A stretch of DNA of 64,000 bases from Acidimicrobiia bacterium. GTDB lineage: Bacteria > Actinomycetota > Acidimicrobiia > Acidimicrobiales > JACDCH01. The translations under genes were made by a program, and so were the position numbers. Location of the stretch: NCBI GenBank assembly GCA_052387955.1, contig JBQTIQ010000008.1, positions 4,553-68,552 on the forward strand, given 5' to 3'. The notes under the pieces are model-generated. The model did no database searches and had not been told where the DNA came from. It worked only from the letters and a program-made list of their open reading frames with translations. Positions 63,129 through 64,000 of this stretch are shown here, in pieces (within the stretch, counting starts at the first letter, position 1; each line of letters opens with the position of its first letter).

Positions 63129-64000
63129 GTGGTTCGCAAAGGTTCGCGGTTCATTGCTGCCTTTCTGGTGATCTCGGTCCTGACCCCGATCGTCTGCGTC
63201 GCGGTGGCCCTGGGCACCTTGATCTTGTTGCCGTTGCCGGCGACCCTGCCGACGCCCAAGGCGGGCATCGAGAAGCAGATCAGCCGCATCCTCGACGCCA
63301 CCGGGGCCGAGTTGGCCACCGTGCGCCAGTTCGAGACCAACATCAAGGTCGAGCAGTCGGAGATCCCCCAAGTCCTGAAGGACGCAGTCGTCTCCTCCGA
63401 GGACAAGGACTTCTACTCCCACGGCGGCATCGACTTCAGCGGCACGGTGAGGGCCCTGTGGGCCGACATCCGCAACCGGGCCATCGTCGAGGGCGGCTCG
63501 ACGATCACCCAGCAGTACGTGAAGCAGGCCTTCACCGGCGGCGAGCGGTCGCTGGCCCGCAAGATCCGCGAGGCCATCCTCGCCAACCAGCTCGACAACC
63601 AGGTCGACAAGGACACCATCCTGTACCGCTACCTGTCGATCTCCTACTTCGGGGCCGGCGCCTACGGGGTCGGCGCTGCCGCCCAGACGTACTTCCGCAA
63701 GCCGGTGGCCCAGCTCAGTGCCTCGGAAGCCGCCCTGCTGGCCAGCGTCCTGCCCGCCCCCACCCGCTATGACCCCAGGACCAACCCCAGCGAGGCCGAG
63801 GCCCGCCGGTTCCGGGTCCTGGGGCAGATGCGCGAGCAGGGCCGTCTCGACGCCGCCACCTACGAGGAGGCCATCTCCCAGCGCCTCTGGCTGGTCGCCG
63901 AGGGCGAGCCTCCCCCGGGCACGACCCTGGTGTACCCGCCCGAGGAGCAGCAGAGCGTGCAGCCGTGGTTCACCGACTACGTGGTCGAGTACCTCAGGAA
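63129..64000 (+). CDS. class A penicillin-binding protein (transglycosylase), runs off the window edge
   Basis: N-terminal TM, EDKDFYSHGGID, GGSTITQQYVK, RKIRE. Confidence 0.9.
   Translation, partial: MVRKGSRFIAAFLVISVLTPIVCVAVALGTLILLPLPATLPTPKAGIEKQISRILDATGAELATVRQFETNIKVEQSEIPQVLKDAVVSSEDKDFYSHGGIDFSGTVRALWADIRNRAIVEGGSTITQQYVKQAFTGGERSLARKIREAILANQLDNQVDKDTILYRYLSISYFGAGAYGVGAAAQTYFRKPVAQLSASEAALLASVLPAPTRYDPRTNPSEAEARRFRVLGQMREQGRLDAATYEEAISQRLWLVAEGEPPPGTTLVYPPEEQQSVQPWFTDYVVEYLR

Overview
Very GC-rich bacterial chromosome segment from an actinobacterium (probably Acidimicrobiia; inferred from gene content, bldC/whiB/ArsA-pair synteny and pervasive leaderless starts). Mostly core genome: acyl-CoA carboxylase and ethylmalonyl-CoA genes (pccB plus epsilon subunit, epimerase, ccrA, thiolase), LigC, Prim-Pol and a 5'-3' exonuclease, dnaX-ybaB-recR, SRP RNA, three tRNAs (Ser-GGA, Ser-CGA, Pro-CGG), tadA, a broken MMPL gene, cobO, xseAB, a carotenoid cluster, mscL, bldC, purFM, a polysaccharide locus, a TPP-riboswitch thiamine operon, an ArsA ATPase pair, nfeD, whiB, selB/selA and a class A PBP. 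No CRISPR, prophage or transposase was seen. The best leads are: (1) an orphan promoter-driven structured RNA candidate between the convergent thiolase and recR genes; (2) a dispersed intergenic repeat family, with modules that re-create the tRNA 3' end behind both tRNA-Ser genes; (3) an in-frame Wzy/ligase-Wzz fusion with an internal start, next to a tyrosine kinase lacking its Walker A lysine; (4) a carotenoid cluster combining a CrtZ-like hydroxylase with a CrtO-like acyltransferase; (5) an unknown membrane protein translationally coupled to selB; (6) a 26-aa membrane peptide behind a SigF/SigB-like promoter. All calls come from reading the sequence by eye; no database searches were run.
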